The notes under the pieces: model-generated
What the model saw: only the letters and a program-made list of their open reading frames with translations
Database searches by the model: none
What the model was told of the DNA's origin: nothing
Shown: one piece after another, positions 10,074 through 20,402 of the stretch
Position numbering within the stretch: the first letter of the stretch is position 1
How the letters are laid out: every line of letters begins with the position of its first letter
NCBI GenBank assembly: GCA_902595855.1
Contig: CACJRY010000003.1
Span: 57,098-121,097 of the forward strand
Reading direction: 5' to 3'
Length of the DNA stretch: 64,000 nucleotides
DNA from: an uncultured Alphaproteobacteria bacterium
GTDB taxonomy: Bacteria > Pseudomonadota > Alphaproteobacteria > HIMB59 > GCA-002718135
Position numbers and translations under genes: made by a program

Positions 10074-10202
10074 TTTACCTCCCATGCTTGAATTTAATGT
10101 AATAAAATTATCAGATATCTCTAAATAATAAAGTATTTAAATATAAAATTTTCTTTTATATTTGAATAATTTAAGATAATTATTAATGAAAAATAAGGTA
10201 AA

Positions 10203-11381
10203 ATGGACAAAAGATATACAATCTCTGAAATTAAAGTATCAATCGTAAAAACTCAAAGTGCGGGTGCTGATTATACAGATCATGCAGCAGGTCATTGGAT
10301 TAATGATACAATCATTGCAAATCCAATGTCAGTTTATAATGATTTTCAACATTCCCGTTCTGCATGGGGAATGGATGTACTTAAGGGTATCTTCATTGAA
10401 ATTACAACAGAAAGCGGTCATCAAGGATATGCAACAGCTTATGGTGGTTATATTTCTAGTTGGATTATCAAAAATCACTTAAATAGATTTTTAATTGGAG
10501 CTGATGCTAGAAATTTAAGTAAATTGTATGATCAAATGTATCGAGCTTCAATTCCGTACTCAGGACAAAATGGAGTTGTTATAAATACAATAGCTGGCAT
10601 TGATTTAGCACTATGGGATTTGATTGGGAAGGTAAGACAAGAACCTGTTTATATGATGATAGGTGGTAAAGTGAGAGACAAACTCCAAACTTATGTTACT
10701 GGTCCCGAAGCAAAATTAGCTCAAGACTGGGGACATGTTGGCTCTAAAATCCCTTTACCGTATGGTCCAGGCGATGGCATAGCAGGACTTAAAAAAAATC
10801 AAGAATACATCATGGAAACAAGAAAACAGGTAGGTCCTGACTATAGATTGATGATTGACTGTTATATGTCTCTAGATGTTCCATATGCAATAGATTTAGC
10901 AAATGCTGTCAAGGAAGCAAATCTATTTTGGATTGAAGAAGCCCTTCCGCCACATGATCTTGAAAGTCATAAACTTATTAAAGAAGCATGCCCGTGGCAA
11001 AAATGGGCTACTGGTGAACATACAAATTCAAGATATGGTTTTAGAAACATTATTAGAGATAGATCTGTTGATATATTACAACCAGATTTAACTCTTTGTG
11101 GCATGACAGAAACATTAAGAATTGCTGCTATGGCTTCTGCATATGATATGATTGTAATTCCTCATTGTAGTGGAGTTTATGCTTATAATTTTGGTATCTC
11201 ATCAACGCTTACGCCTTTTAATGAATTTATAAATCTTCATCCAAAGGCAACTGAGGTTGTTCCTATATTTGGCAAGATGTTTACAAACGAACCTGTGCCT
11301 ATAAAAGGAGAAGTTACTCTAACGGATTTGCCTGGCTTTGGAGCTGAACTTAATAAGGAAGTTGAATTAGAAGAAATATAA
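10203..11381 (+). CDS. rhmD: L-rhamnonate dehydratase homologue (enolase superfamily)
   Basis: 392 aa and co-linear by eye with E. coli RhmD/YfaW. Shared blocks: DYTDHAAGHWINDTIIANPMS, IDLALWDL, WIEEALPP, ATGEH, DILQPD, EPVPIKGEVTL. Has K-I-P at the second-strand position, as RhamD does. Confidence 0.85.
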   Translation: MDKRYTISEIKVSIVKTQSAGADYTDHAAGHWINDTIIANPMSVYNDFQHSRSAWGMDVLKGIFIEITTESGHQGYATAYGGYISSWIIKNHLNRFLIGADARNLSKLYDQMYRASIPYSGQNGVVINTIAGIDLALWDLIGKVRQEPVYMMIGGKVRDKLQTYVTGPEAKLAQDWGHVGSKIPLPYGPGDGIAGLKKNQEYIMETRKQVGPDYRLMIDCYMSLDVPYAIDLANAVKEANLFWIEEALPPHDLESHKLIKEACPWQKWATGEHTNSRYGFRNIIRDRSVDILQPDLTLCGMTETLRIAAMASAYDMIVIPHCSGVYAYNFGISSTLTPFNEFINLHPKATEVVPIFGKMFTNEPVPIKGEVTLTDLPGFGAELNKEVELEEI

Positions 11382-11444
11382 TTTTTTTTATATAAATTTA
11401 TATATTATAGTTTTAGTAATAATGGATGAAAATATTATTATTAA

Positions 11445-12473
11445 TTATAATTTTTTTGCAGTTGAAACGAGAATTTTGATTTTATTTCGCACAATATCTA
11501 TTGGTACATGACCAAAACCACATTCACTTGTAAGTAAGATTTTTTCTTTAGGAAAGTATTCTAAAGCTGGTTTAATAGCATTAATAATATCTTCTTCCGT
11601 TTCAGTATTATCAATGCGCTGATCAATAACACCTAATGATATTTTTCCATCAAACTGCCAGTTTTTAAAAACATCTAACATTTTATAATGCAGACTACAG
11701 TGTTCTAAATGAATTTCATTAACCTTAAGAATTTTAAATGCTTCAATCATATCTGTATATTTTCCAAAAAAACCCCTTTTTCTATGCGCATTACCGCCAC
11801 AAACGTGGAGGTTAAAATCCACATTAGGAAATTTTGCTATTATTTCATTTAGTATTTCAGCCGCCCAAAATGTTTCATTAACATTTTCTGTCCAAACAGG
11901 TTCATCAAATTGTACGTAATCACAACCTTCCTTTACAAGTTCTTCTAACTCTTGAGTTAAAACAGAGGCATACGCTCTTGTTAGTGCAATATCATCTGGA
12001 TAAAGATCAGTTCTTTCATTTACACTAAATCTAGCTAACATATGTGGGCCTGTTATGGTTTGCTTAACCCTAATATTTGATGGAGTATTATCTCTAGCTA
12101 TTCTCCATTTTTTTGCTAATCCTGTTTTTAAATTCTTTATTTCATCTTTTATTACAGCACATTCAATTCCAAAACCTTTTGTTCCATGAGTTTTATTTAA
12201 ATCCACTCCTTCAGTTGACCCACCCAGTGTAAAATCCTTTCTTATTTTGTTTACTGAATCTACACCGTCTAATCTTAATTGGTAAAACCAATACATATTT
12301 TCACGATATCCCTCACCGTCTGTTATAATATCTAATCCTAGATCTGACTGTTCTTTGACAGCCCATTTGATCATTTCAAAAGACTCCTCTTCTGACACAC
12401 TTGGCTTTCGAAGAGTATCTTTTTGGACTTCCTTTCTAGGGTAACTACCAGTTACAGTTGTTAAATAACTCAT
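11445..12473 (-). CDS. stand-alone MetE catalytic-domain protein (Meth_synt_2 / COG0620 family, Zn-dependent thiol alkyltransferase fold)
   Basis: 342 aa with blocks TGSYPR, TDGE and VQFDEPV. The zinc-ligand pattern is present: LHVCGGN (His-x-Cys) and TSECGFG (Cys). It is the last gene of the rhaM operon, with a 3-nt gap to the epimerase-family gene. Confidence 0.7.
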   Translation of the reverse strand: MSYLTTVTGSYPRKEVQKDTLRKPSVSEEESFEMIKWAVKEQSDLGLDIITDGEGYRENMYWFYQLRLDGVDSVNKIRKDFTLGGSTEGVDLNKTHGTKGFGIECAVIKDEIKNLKTGLAKKWRIARDNTPSNIRVKQTITGPHMLARFSVNERTDLYPDDIALTRAYASVLTQELEELVKEGCDYVQFDEPVWTENVNETFWAAEILNEIIAKFPNVDFNLHVCGGNAHRKRGFFGKYTDMIEAFKILKVNEIHLEHCSLHYKMLDVFKNWQFDGKISLGVIDQRIDNTETEEDIINAIKPALEYFPKEKILLTSECGFGHVPIDIVRNKIKILVSTAKKL

Positions 12474-12476
12474 ACT

Positions 12477-13439
12477 TTAATTATTTTCTCTTACATCGTT
12501 TATTAGACATTTAACACCTTCCTCAAATGATCTTGGATTAAAATCTATTTCTTTTCTTATTCTTTCATCATTTTGATCATCTATTAAAGGTGTTGATTTT
12601 ACACTTTCATCAAAATGAATTATTGCATTGGGAATAATTTTTTTAACCACTGATTCTAATTGATGACCATTTAAAGTTTCTGCACCTGAATTATAGCAGG
12701 AATAATTAAGCGTTTCTTTTAATGCTAGTCGCACTAATTGTTCAGCACAATCATCTACATATATCCAATTATCTCTATTGTTTTTAGAAAAAGGTAAATA
12801 TGCTTCTTGTCCTAACGCAGGTTTGGCAGCGAAATCTTCTGCCCAATTAATTGCTGTATTTTGTCTGCCGTACCCAAACACAACTGAAGGTCTTGTATAA
12901 GCTATACTGCAACCATGTTTTTTTATATATTTTTCAGCCATGAATTCATTTAGTAATTTCATCACTCCATAAGTGTAAAAATGATTATCAATTCCCGAGT
13001 AATCATTTTCTGTTACTGCTTTATCTCCATAGAATTCTTGATAAGCGCCATAAACTGTTTCACTACTAGCAAAAACTAATCGTCTTACTTTATACTTAAC
13101 TATCAGTTCAAAAATTGATGTTGTTCCAACAATATTTATTTTACTGGCCAGTAAAGGATTTTCTTCACAAATTGCCCCTATTCCATAGGCTAAATTTATT
13201 ACAGAGTCTAATTTGTGTTTGCTAAATATTTTTTCGACATTTTGATAATCTGTAATGTCTAGTTTTTCATAGTTGACCAAAACTTTATTTTTACCAATTT
13301 TATTTATATTTTTTTCAAGCTTATCTCTATTTTTTGTAATATCTAAATCAGCTACAATTACAGGTATATCTCTTTTCAATAATTGTAATACTACTTTCGA
13401 GCCAATAAAACCTAATCCACCAGTAACTAAAACACTCAT
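12477..13439 (-). CDS. NAD-dependent epimerase/dehydratase-family (extended SDR) protein
   Basis: 320 aa with VTGGLGFIGS Rossmann motif and YGVMK (YxxxK). It overlaps the upstream enolase gene by 4 nt. Confidence 0.8.
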   Translation of the reverse strand: MSVLVTGGLGFIGSKVVLQLLKRDIPVIVADLDITKNRDKLEKNINKIGKNKVLVNYEKLDITDYQNVEKIFSKHKLDSVINLAYGIGAICEENPLLASKINIVGTTSIFELIVKYKVRRLVFASSETVYGAYQEFYGDKAVTENDYSGIDNHFYTYGVMKLLNEFMAEKYIKKHGCSIAYTRPSVVFGYGRQNTAINWAEDFAAKPALGQEAYLPFSKNNRDNWIYVDDCAEQLVRLALKETLNYSCYNSGAETLNGHQLESVVKKIIPNAIIHFDESVKSTPLIDDQNDERIRKEIDFNPRSFEEGVKCLINDVRENN

Positions 13440-14611
13440 TTTAATTTAATGTCATTATTATCTGTTGAAATCATCGTATTTATTTTTTCTTTATATGGAA
13501 ATTTTTTTTTTAAAATATCATCAAATTTAACACCAAGACCAAAGCAACTAGGTTTTAATGTATACCCACTTGAAATATTTATTTTTTTATTCTCAAATAA
13601 TTGTTTGTTAATCGGGTGATCCATAAAACAATATTCTGTATAAGCAACATTTGGTACAGTAAGTCCAAAATGAATTCCTGCCATTATACTTATTGCACTA
13701 CCCCAAGAATGAATAGCGACAGGCTTGTTATGAATATATGCTAAATCACATATCCTTCTTCCTTCTGTAAATCCAGAAGTTGCAATATCAAACTGTAATA
13801 TATCGAACACATCTTCTTCTAAATATTTTTTAAAAGCTCTTGCAGTGGGTATACTTTCAGCTCCAGCGATATTTAATCTTGTAAATTTTTTTATATCTTT
13901 GTATCCTTTTAAATTTTCAACTCTACAAGGTTCTTCAAGGAAAACTATTTCTTCATTTTCTAATTTTTTTGCTAAATTAATGGAAACTTTTGTCGCCCAT
14001 GGGTTTGCAGCAGATCCCTGCACAGCATCAACAATAAGTTGCATTTTATTTTTAAATTTTTTGTTAAATGATTTTACTAAATTAATAATACTCTCTGGAT
14101 TTATAACTCGCATTTTATAAACTCTGAATCCAAGCGAAAATGCTTTAGTAGCATCTTCTAAAAGTTGTTTAGAATTATCAAACAAGCCATTACTTGCATA
14201 AATTCTAATTTTTTCTTTTTGAATACCTCCTAAAAGTTTATAAACTGGCATTTTCATTCTCTTACCAAGAAGATCATACATTGCTAAGTTTATACCACCC
14301 ATTACTCCAATTCCTATTCCTTCACGATTCCAAAATACACTAGACCCATACATTTTTTCCCATGCTTGATTTATGTTTTCAGAGTCAGAGTTTTTTAATA
14401 ATTCACTGAAGTGTTTTATTAATCCTATAATTGGTTCATGAGTAAATTGACCATGTGTTATTTCCCCCAATCCATAGTTGTTGTTACTATCAGTTAATTT
14501 AACTACAGGCACAATCATATTTTCAACTACACCTGCACTATATTTATAATTTAATTTTTTAGGGAAAGTATATTCTAAAAAAAAAACTTCTATTTTTTTT
14601 ATTTTGGACAT
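13436..14611 (-). CDS. enolase-superfamily (mandelate racemase/acid-sugar dehydratase-like) protein, specificity unknown
   Basis: 391 aa with a capping domain plus barrel. Blocks INLAMYDLLGK, YKMRV (K-x-R), IVDAVQG, FLEEP, GAES, DILQFD, AIHSWGS. Confidence 0.8.
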   Translation of the reverse strand: MSKIKKIEVFFLEYTFPKKLNYKYSAGVVENMIVPVVKLTDSNNNYGLGEITHGQFTHEPIIGLIKHFSELLKNSDSENINQAWEKMYGSSVFWNREGIGIGVMGGINLAMYDLLGKRMKMPVYKLLGGIQKEKIRIYASNGLFDNSKQLLEDATKAFSLGFRVYKMRVINPESIINLVKSFNKKFKNKMQLIVDAVQGSAANPWATKVSINLAKKLENEEIVFLEEPCRVENLKGYKDIKKFTRLNIAGAESIPTARAFKKYLEEDVFDILQFDIATSGFTEGRRICDLAYIHNKPVAIHSWGSAISIMAGIHFGLTVPNVAYTEYCFMDHPINKQLFENKKINISSGYTLKPSCFGLGVKFDDILKKKFPYKEKINTMISTDNNDIKLK

Positions 14612-14614
14612 TTC

Positions 14615-14941
14615 TTATTCCATATAAAATATTTCATCCATCATTACCCATGAATTATTATTTTCATTATTTGGAAAGGGATTAAAACAATCAATCATTA
14701 ATTTTGTCCACTTATCAACAATGGGAATTTTTTGCATCTCTTCCATATCCTTATTAAAATTATCCCCATCATATTCTAGATAACCAAACATAAAATCTTC
14801 TTTTAAATAAATACTATAATTTTTTACTTTAATTTTTTTTAATTCTTCTAAAACTTCAGGCCAAACATTGGCATGATTTTTGATGTAAAATTCTCTTTTT
14901 TCATCTTTTAGTCTTACAGCCATTGCATATCTTTGTGTCAT
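14615..14941 (-). CDS. rhaM: L-rhamnose mutarotase
   Basis: Co-linear with E. coli RhaM/YiiL (YIKNHANVWPEVLEELKK, NYSIYL, ending FYME). Start set at the ATG at 14941, which follows AGAGGA; the track start at 14959 adds 6 aa. Confidence 0.85.
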   Translation of the reverse strand: MTQRYAMAVRLKDEKREFYIKNHANVWPEVLEELKKIKVKNYSIYLKEDFMFGYLEYDGDNFNKDMEEMQKIPIVDKWTKLMIDCFNPFPNNENNNSWVMMDEIFYME

Positions 14942-14988
14942 AATTTCCTCTTTAATCAAAAAATTAAAATTTATAAGTAAATACTATC

Positions 14989-15000
14989 TTCATATATGAA
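14989..15000. promoter_or_regulatory. perfect 12-bp palindrome TTCATATATGAA in the rhaM / binding-protein divergent spacer (candidate operator)
   Basis: Read directly from the sequence. It is centred in the 128-nt divergent region between the starts at 14941 and 15070. It is AT-rich, so a chance occurrence is possible. Confidence 0.3.
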
Positions 15001-15069
15001 AATTACCATATTTTTTTCCTTTCAAATTTACAGATAGAGTGTAATATCAAAAAAAAATTGGAGGAGAAT

Positions 15070-16422
15070 ATGAAATTATTCAAAAGTATTTTGACTGTAA
15101 TCTCTATTTTCTCTCTATCATTTAGTGCCTTTGCCGTTGATAAAAGTTTTCCTAACGATAAAGTCGCTATGTGGGGAGATTTTAGTGGTATTACATTAGA
15201 TGTAAAACTAATCGGTGGAGCTCCTTATGATCCACTTTATGAAGTGATGATTCCTATCTGGGAAGAAAAAACTGGCGGTAAGGTATCAATCCTTTCTAAA
15301 AAAAGTCACTTTGAACTAGATAAGGAAATTAAACAAGATATAGCAGCTGGCAATATTAGCTATTGCGTTGTTTCAAATCACACTAGCTTTGCTACTCAGT
15401 ACGGAGATATTTATAGAGATTTAAATGGAATTGTTCCTGGAGATTTTCTAGCTGAGTTTGTTCCTTTGGTACTTGAACACTCAACTGTTGATGGACGTCT
15501 TGTTCAACTTCCACAGCATAGTGATGTTAGTAATTTATGGTACATAAAGAGTATCTATGAAGACGAAGATAATAAAAAAAGATTTAAAGCTGAATATGGT
15601 TATGATTTGGCACCACCTGAAACTTTAGATCAGTGGAAAGAACAAGCAATTTTTTGGTCTGATCCACCTAATTTTTATGGAACGCAATATGTTGGTAAAG
15701 AAGAAGCTATTACTGGACGTTTCTATGAGTTAGTTATTGCTGAAGGTGGAGCGTTATTCGATAATGAATGGCGTCCAACATTTAATGATGAGGCTGGACA
15801 AAGAGCACTTCAATGGTTTGTTGATCTATATAATGCTCAAGCAGTTCCTGCTGGGGTGTTAAATTATCTTTGGGATGAAACAGGTCTTGGCTTTGCAAGT
15901 GGAACTGTTGCTCTAAACCTTGATTGGGGTGGATGGGGAGCATATTTCAATAGTGCTGACTCAAAAATTGGTGGCGATGTTGGTCTTGTAAGATTTCCAA
16001 TGGGCTCAGGTGGAAAAAGAGGAGGATGGTCAGGCTCTCATACTTATTCTATCTTAAATGGTTGTCCTGAAGAAAATTTGGAGGCAGCTGCTTCATTAAT
16101 ATGGATTTTAACAAATCACGAAGCTCAAATGCATGAAGCAAGAGGTGGTAAACTTCCAACTATGACAAGAGTATGGGATGATATCGCAGGTGAAATGAAT
16201 GCAGAAGGCAACGCATTTATGAGTGACCTTTTCTCTACATTCAAAGCTTCTATGGCAGAGGATGCATTTACCCCACCACTTATTCCTGAGTGGATTCCTT
16301 TTTCAAACATTATTTTCCCAGAGTTGCAAGCTGCAATTGTTGGAGATAAAACAGTCAAGGAAGCATTAGATGCTGCTGCTAAAGAAACTGATTATTTAAT
16401 GCAAGACGCTGGTTATTACTAA
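15070..16422 (+). CDS. periplasmic solute-binding protein, family 1 (sugar, CUT1)
   Basis: Signal peptide MKLFKSILTVISIFSLSFSAFA. Start set at the ATG at 15070, preceded by GGAGGA; the track starts at a TTG at 15058. Confidence 0.85.
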   Translation: MKLFKSILTVISIFSLSFSAFAVDKSFPNDKVAMWGDFSGITLDVKLIGGAPYDPLYEVMIPIWEEKTGGKVSILSKKSHFELDKEIKQDIAAGNISYCVVSNHTSFATQYGDIYRDLNGIVPGDFLAEFVPLVLEHSTVDGRLVQLPQHSDVSNLWYIKSIYEDEDNKKRFKAEYGYDLAPPETLDQWKEQAIFWSDPPNFYGTQYVGKEEAITGRFYELVIAEGGALFDNEWRPTFNDEAGQRALQWFVDLYNAQAVPAGVLNYLWDETGLGFASGTVALNLDWGGWGAYFNSADSKIGGDVGLVRFPMGSGGKRGGWSGSHTYSILNGCPEENLEAAASLIWILTNHEAQMHEARGGKLPTMTRVWDDIAGEMNAEGNAFMSDLFSTFKASMAEDAFTPPLIPEWIPFSNIIFPELQAAIVGDKTVKEALDAAAKETDYLMQDAGYY

Positions 16423-16432
16423 TCTCTTGCAA

Positions 16433-16462
16433 GACTACTCCTCATGAAAGTGAGGGGTAGTC
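16433..16462 (+). other. GC-rich RNA hairpin immediately after the binding-protein gene
   Basis: 12-bp stem: GACTACTCCTCA pairs with TGAGGGGTAGTC (one G-U pair), with a 6-nt loop. It begins 11 nt after the stop codon and has no U-tract. It looks more like a 3'-end stabiliser or processing site than a strong terminator. Confidence 0.45.
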
Positions 16463-16490
16463 ATAAATTTAATTTAATCAAAATTTACAT

Positions 16491-17570
16491 ATGGCCGACA
16501 AAGAAAATACAATTAAAAATTTTAGTCAAACTTGGCCAATGCCAAACAAATTAAACCCAATAATAATTATTGGAACTGGAGGAATAGTTAAGGATGCTCA
16601 TCTTCCAGCTTATAAAAAAGCAGGTTTTGAAGTTCATGGTCTATATGATGTTGACTCAGAAAAAGCAAAAAACTTAGCAAAAGAATTTGGAATTACTAAT
16701 GTTTTCGACTCTCTTGAAGAAGCTTTTCAAAACAAAGATCATATTTTTGATTTAGCGCTTCCCCCAGCAAACTTATTAGAGGTAGTGGAAAAACTTCCTG
16801 ACAATATCTATGCTGTTTTTCAAAAACCGCTTGGTAGATCTTTAGAGGAGGGAAACGAAATAAGAAAAATTTGTCATCAAAAAAATATAAAAGCATGTAT
16901 GAATTTTCAGTTACGTTTCAGTCCAATTTCTCTTCCAGTATATGAGGCAATTAAACAAAATATTTTAGGTGAATTAGTAGAGCTTGAAGTTCATGTCAAT
17001 GTACACACTCCTTGGGAGTTATGGCCATTTCTAAAATCATTAGATAGAGTCGAAGTTCCATTGCACTCAATCCATTACATTGATTGGATACGTTCTGTTC
17101 TTGGAAATCCTCAGGGTGTTTACTGCCAGTCAGTAAAGCATCCTAATGTAAAAGAGTTAGCCGATTGCCGAACCAGTGCAATTTTTAATTATGGTAATCA
17201 AATTAGATGTTGTATGACTATTAATCATACACATAGCTTTGGAAGAAAAAACCAAGATGCATATATTCGTTTAGAGGGTACAAAAGGTGCAGCTAAAATG
17301 AAATTAGGTCTGTTATTAGATTATCCAACTGGAGAACCAGAAGAACTAGAAATAATAACTGAAGGAACTGATTGGATAAAATTTGATATTCAAGGCAAGT
17401 GGTTTCCAGATGCATTTATAGGCGTAATGGCAAATATGCAAAGATTTAAAAATGGTGAAGATTCTGAATTATTAACTTCAATTGATGACTCCATTCATAC
17501 TATGGCAGTTGTTGACTCATGTGGTATCTCTAGTCAATCAGGTGGATTAAAAATAGATTACGCTGATTAA
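16491..17570 (+). CDS. Gfo/Idh/MocA-family NAD(P) oxidoreductase (candidate sugar 1-dehydrogenase)
   Basis: 359 aa with N-terminal IIIIGTGGIVKDAHLPAY Rossmann fold. It is embedded between the SBP and permease genes. Confidence 0.75.
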   Translation: MADKENTIKNFSQTWPMPNKLNPIIIIGTGGIVKDAHLPAYKKAGFEVHGLYDVDSEKAKNLAKEFGITNVFDSLEEAFQNKDHIFDLALPPANLLEVVEKLPDNIYAVFQKPLGRSLEEGNEIRKICHQKNIKACMNFQLRFSPISLPVYEAIKQNILGELVELEVHVNVHTPWELWPFLKSLDRVEVPLHSIHYIDWIRSVLGNPQGVYCQSVKHPNVKELADCRTSAIFNYGNQIRCCMTINHTHSFGRKNQDAYIRLEGTKGAAKMKLGLLLDYPTGEPEELEIITEGTDWIKFDIQGKWFPDAFIGVMANMQRFKNGEDSELLTSIDDSIHTMAVVDSCGISSQSGGLKIDYAD

Positions 17571-17573
17571 TTG

Positions 17574-18464
17574 ATGGTTAGAAAAATTTTTAGAAGTCCA
17601 GTTATGTTAATCATGCCATCAATTTTGGCTATAGGTTTTGTAATTATAATTCCACTCATTTTTTCTTTCTATACAAGTTTTACATCATATAAACTCACAC
17701 GCCCTGATAGCCTTTTTAATTTTGTTGGATTGCGTAATTATGAAAGACTGATTGATAATGCAAAATTTTGGTATGCTTTTGGAAGAACTATTCTATTTTT
17801 AGCAGTTGTTCTTAACTTAGAATTATTATTTGGGCTGGGTATTGCGCTATTAATTAATAAAATTACTTGGGGGCAAAGAACCTTAAGAACAATTATGATG
17901 TTTCCAATGATGTTCTCACCAATCTTAGTAGGATTTCAGTGGAAATATATTTTTAATGATAACATTGGCTTATTAAATAATTTTTTATACTTGTTTGGTT
18001 ATGAGTCTGCCATTCCTTGGTTAATAGACAAATATCTTGCTATGGGATCTATTATGGTTGCAGAAATTTGGGCTAATACTTCAATTTTTGCTATTCTGCT
18101 ACTAGCAGGTCTATTAGGAATACCAAGAGATCCTGTTGAAGCTGCAAGAGTTGATGGTTGTAACAGTTGGCAAGTGTTTAAAAATATTACTTTACCATTT
18201 CTAATGCCATTTATTTTTATAGCTCTTACTATTAGATCATTAGATGTGGGAAGGGCTTATGATATTGTTCATATAATGACAGGCGGTGGTCCAGCAATGA
18301 GAACAGAGCTGCTTTGGACAATGATTGCTAGAATAGGATATAAAGATGCTAATATGGGTTTTGCAAATGCAATGTCTTATGTATCAATAATATTATCTAT
18401 TGCATTTACATATTATTTTTTTACAAAGTTAGTTGCGGCTAGAAGAGATTTGGGACAGCAATAA
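17574..18464 (+). CDS. CUT1-type ABC sugar transporter permease
   Basis: Multi-TM with EAA loop DPVEAARVDGCNSWQVFKNITLPFLMP. The ATG at 17574 follows the upstream stop by 3 nt. Confidence 0.85.
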   Translation: MVRKIFRSPVMLIMPSILAIGFVIIIPLIFSFYTSFTSYKLTRPDSLFNFVGLRNYERLIDNAKFWYAFGRTILFLAVVLNLELLFGLGIALLINKITWGQRTLRTIMMFPMMFSPILVGFQWKYIFNDNIGLLNNFLYLFGYESAIPWLIDKYLAMGSIMVAEIWANTSIFAILLLAGLLGIPRDPVEAARVDGCNSWQVFKNITLPFLMPFIFIALTIRSLDVGRAYDIVHIMTGGGPAMRTELLWTMIARIGYKDANMGFANAMSYVSIILSIAFTYYFFTKLVAARRDLGQQ

Positions 18465-19303
18465 TGAAACAAATAAAAAAAATAGGATTTTGGTTTTTGG
18501 TTCTTTTTCTTTTAATATTAATTTGTTTGCCTGGTATATGGATTTTTATCAGTGCTTTTCGTCCTAATCCAGAAATTTTAGCTAAGCCTGCTAACTGGAT
18601 TCCAGACAGATGGACACTCCATCAATTTACTCAAATGTTTAGTATTAATGGTTATGTATCTGTCCCTGCATTCAAGTACTTAATGAATTCAATAATAATT
18701 TCCTCTGTTAGCACAGTAATTGCTATTACTATAGGTATGATGGGTGGATATGCGTTTGCAAGATTTAATTTTAAAGGAAAAAATAAAATCTTTCTTAGTT
18801 TAATGTTAGCAAGAGCAGTTCCAGGAATATCACTAAGTTTGCCTCTATTTATTTTATTTGCTAAGCTTGGTATAATTAATACATCTTTTGGCGTAATCCT
18901 AGTTTATGTTGCAATGAATGTTCCTTTTACAATTTGGTTAACTGATGGTTTTTTTAGACAAATACCAAAAGAGATGTCTGAAGTTGCTAGAACAGATGGT
19001 TGCACAAGGTTCCAAGCGTTTTGGAATGTTGAACTACCTCTTGCCGGACCTGGTATTGGTGCTGCTGCAATATTTGCTTTTCTATTATCATGGAATGAAT
19101 ATGCATTAGCTTCTATCATAACTAGAACTGTGCATTCCAAAACTCTACCCATTGGTATGATGGATTACTTAGATGAGTTTACGATCAATTGGGCAGGTAT
19201 GTGTGCAATAGCAGTAGTAATGATCATTCCTGCTTTAATATTAACATTTATTGTTCAAAAACACTTGGTTTCTGGATTAACATTTGGAGGAGTAAAAGGG
19301 TAA
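18464..19303 (+). CDS. CUT1-type ABC sugar transporter permease
   Basis: 279 aa with EAA loop [27 protein letters not shown]. It overlaps the previous gene by 1 nt. Confidence 0.85.
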   Translation: MKQIKKIGFWFLVLFLLILICLPGIWIFISAFRPNPEILAKPANWIPDRWTLHQFTQMFSINGYVSVPAFKYLMNSIIISSVSTVIAITIGMMGGYAFARFNFKGKNKIFLSLMLARAVPGISLSLPLFILFAKLGIINTSFGVILVYVAMNVPFTIWLTDGFFRQIPKEMSEVARTDGCTRFQAFWNVELPLAGPGIGAAAIFAFLLSWNEYALASIITRTVHSKTLPIGMMDYLDEFTINWAGMCAIAVVMIIPALILTFIVQKHLVSGLTFGGVKG

Positions 19304-19304
19304 T

Positions 19305-20402
19305 ATGGCTAAGGTTGAATTAAAAAACTTAACAAAGAAATACGGTGACGTTGTCGCTGTTCAAAATATGGATTTAACAATTCCGCACAATGAATTTCTT
19401 GTGTTGGTTGGACCCTCAGGATGTGGAAAATCAACCACCTTGAGAATGATTGCAGGACTTGAAGAAATTTCTGGAGGAGAAATTTACATAGGTGATCAAA
19501 AAGTTAATGAAAAAGATCCTAAAGATCGAAATGTTTCGATGGTTTTTCAAAACTATGCTCTTTATCCCCACATGACAGTTGAAGAAAATTTAGGTTTTAG
19601 TCTAAAAATTGCAAAAGTTAATCCTGATGAAATTGAAACAAAAGTTAAAGATGCTGTAAGTATCTTAGGTTTGGAGGATTTAAGAAAAAGAAAACCTTCA
19701 CAACTTTCTGGAGGACAAAGACAAAGAGTTGCAATGGGTAGAGCTATTGTTCGCCGACCTGATGCTTTTTTATTTGATGAACCTCTTTCTAATTTAGATG
19801 CCAAACTTAGAACTCAGATGAGAACTGAAATAAAAAAACTTCATCAAAAACTTAAAACAACAGTCATATACGTAACACATGATCAGGTGGAAGCTATGAC
19901 TTTAGCAGATAGAATTATAATAATGAAAGATGGTTTTATTGAGCAAATTGGATCTCCAATTGAGGTTTTTAACAACCCTGTAAACGTATTTGTTGCGACT
20001 TTTATTGGTAGTCCACCAATGAATATTATTGCGTGTGAAATAAATAAAAGCAATGATCAGATAATGATTCAATTAGATAAAGATATTCATGTTCATTGCC
20101 CTGAAGATAAAATATCAAAACTTGCTAACTTAAAAAAAGTCATTGTTGGAATAAGAGCAGAAGATATTGTTCCAATAAAAAATATTTCTAATGAACAAAA
20201 TACATTATGGACTTTCAGTAAAGAAATTGATCTCGCTGAACCTCTTGGCACTGAAACGCAACTTTTTTTTAAATTACAAAACCAAGAAATAATAAGTCGT
20301 ATGTATAACCCTAGACCAGTTGATGTTGGAGAAAATATAAATTTTCAAATAGAAAAAAATAAAATTCATTTTTTTGATTATGAAACACAAAAAGCAATCT
20401 AA
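19305..20402 (+). CDS. ABC transporter ATP-binding protein, MalK/UgpC/MsmX type
   Basis: 365 aa with Walker [10 protein letters not shown], signature LSGGQRQR, Walker B FLFDEPLS and a C-terminal regulatory domain. Confidence 0.9.
   Translation: MAKVELKNLTKKYGDVVAVQNMDLTIPHNEFLVLVGPSGCGKSTTLRMIAGLEEISGGEIYIGDQKVNEKDPKDRNVSMVFQNYALYPHMTVEENLGFSLKIAKVNPDEIETKVKDAVSILGLEDLRKRKPSQLSGGQRQRVAMGRAIVRRPDAFLFDEPLSNLDAKLRTQMRTEIKKLHQKLKTTVIYVTHDQVEAMTLADRIIIMKDGFIEQIGSPIEVFNNPVNVFVATFIGSPPMNIIACEINKSNDQIMIQLDKDIHVHCPEDKISKLANLKKVIVGIRAEDIVPIKNISNEQNTLWTFSKEIDLAEPLGTETQLFFKLQNQEIISRMYNPRPVDVGENINFQIEKNKIHFFDYETQKAI

Noticed and set aside
16424-16434. A 10-nt palindrome TCTTGCAAGA just after the SBP stop codon at 16422.
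   Set aside because: It has no loop, so it cannot fold, and it overlaps the base of the larger 12-bp hairpin. It is treated as part of that element.
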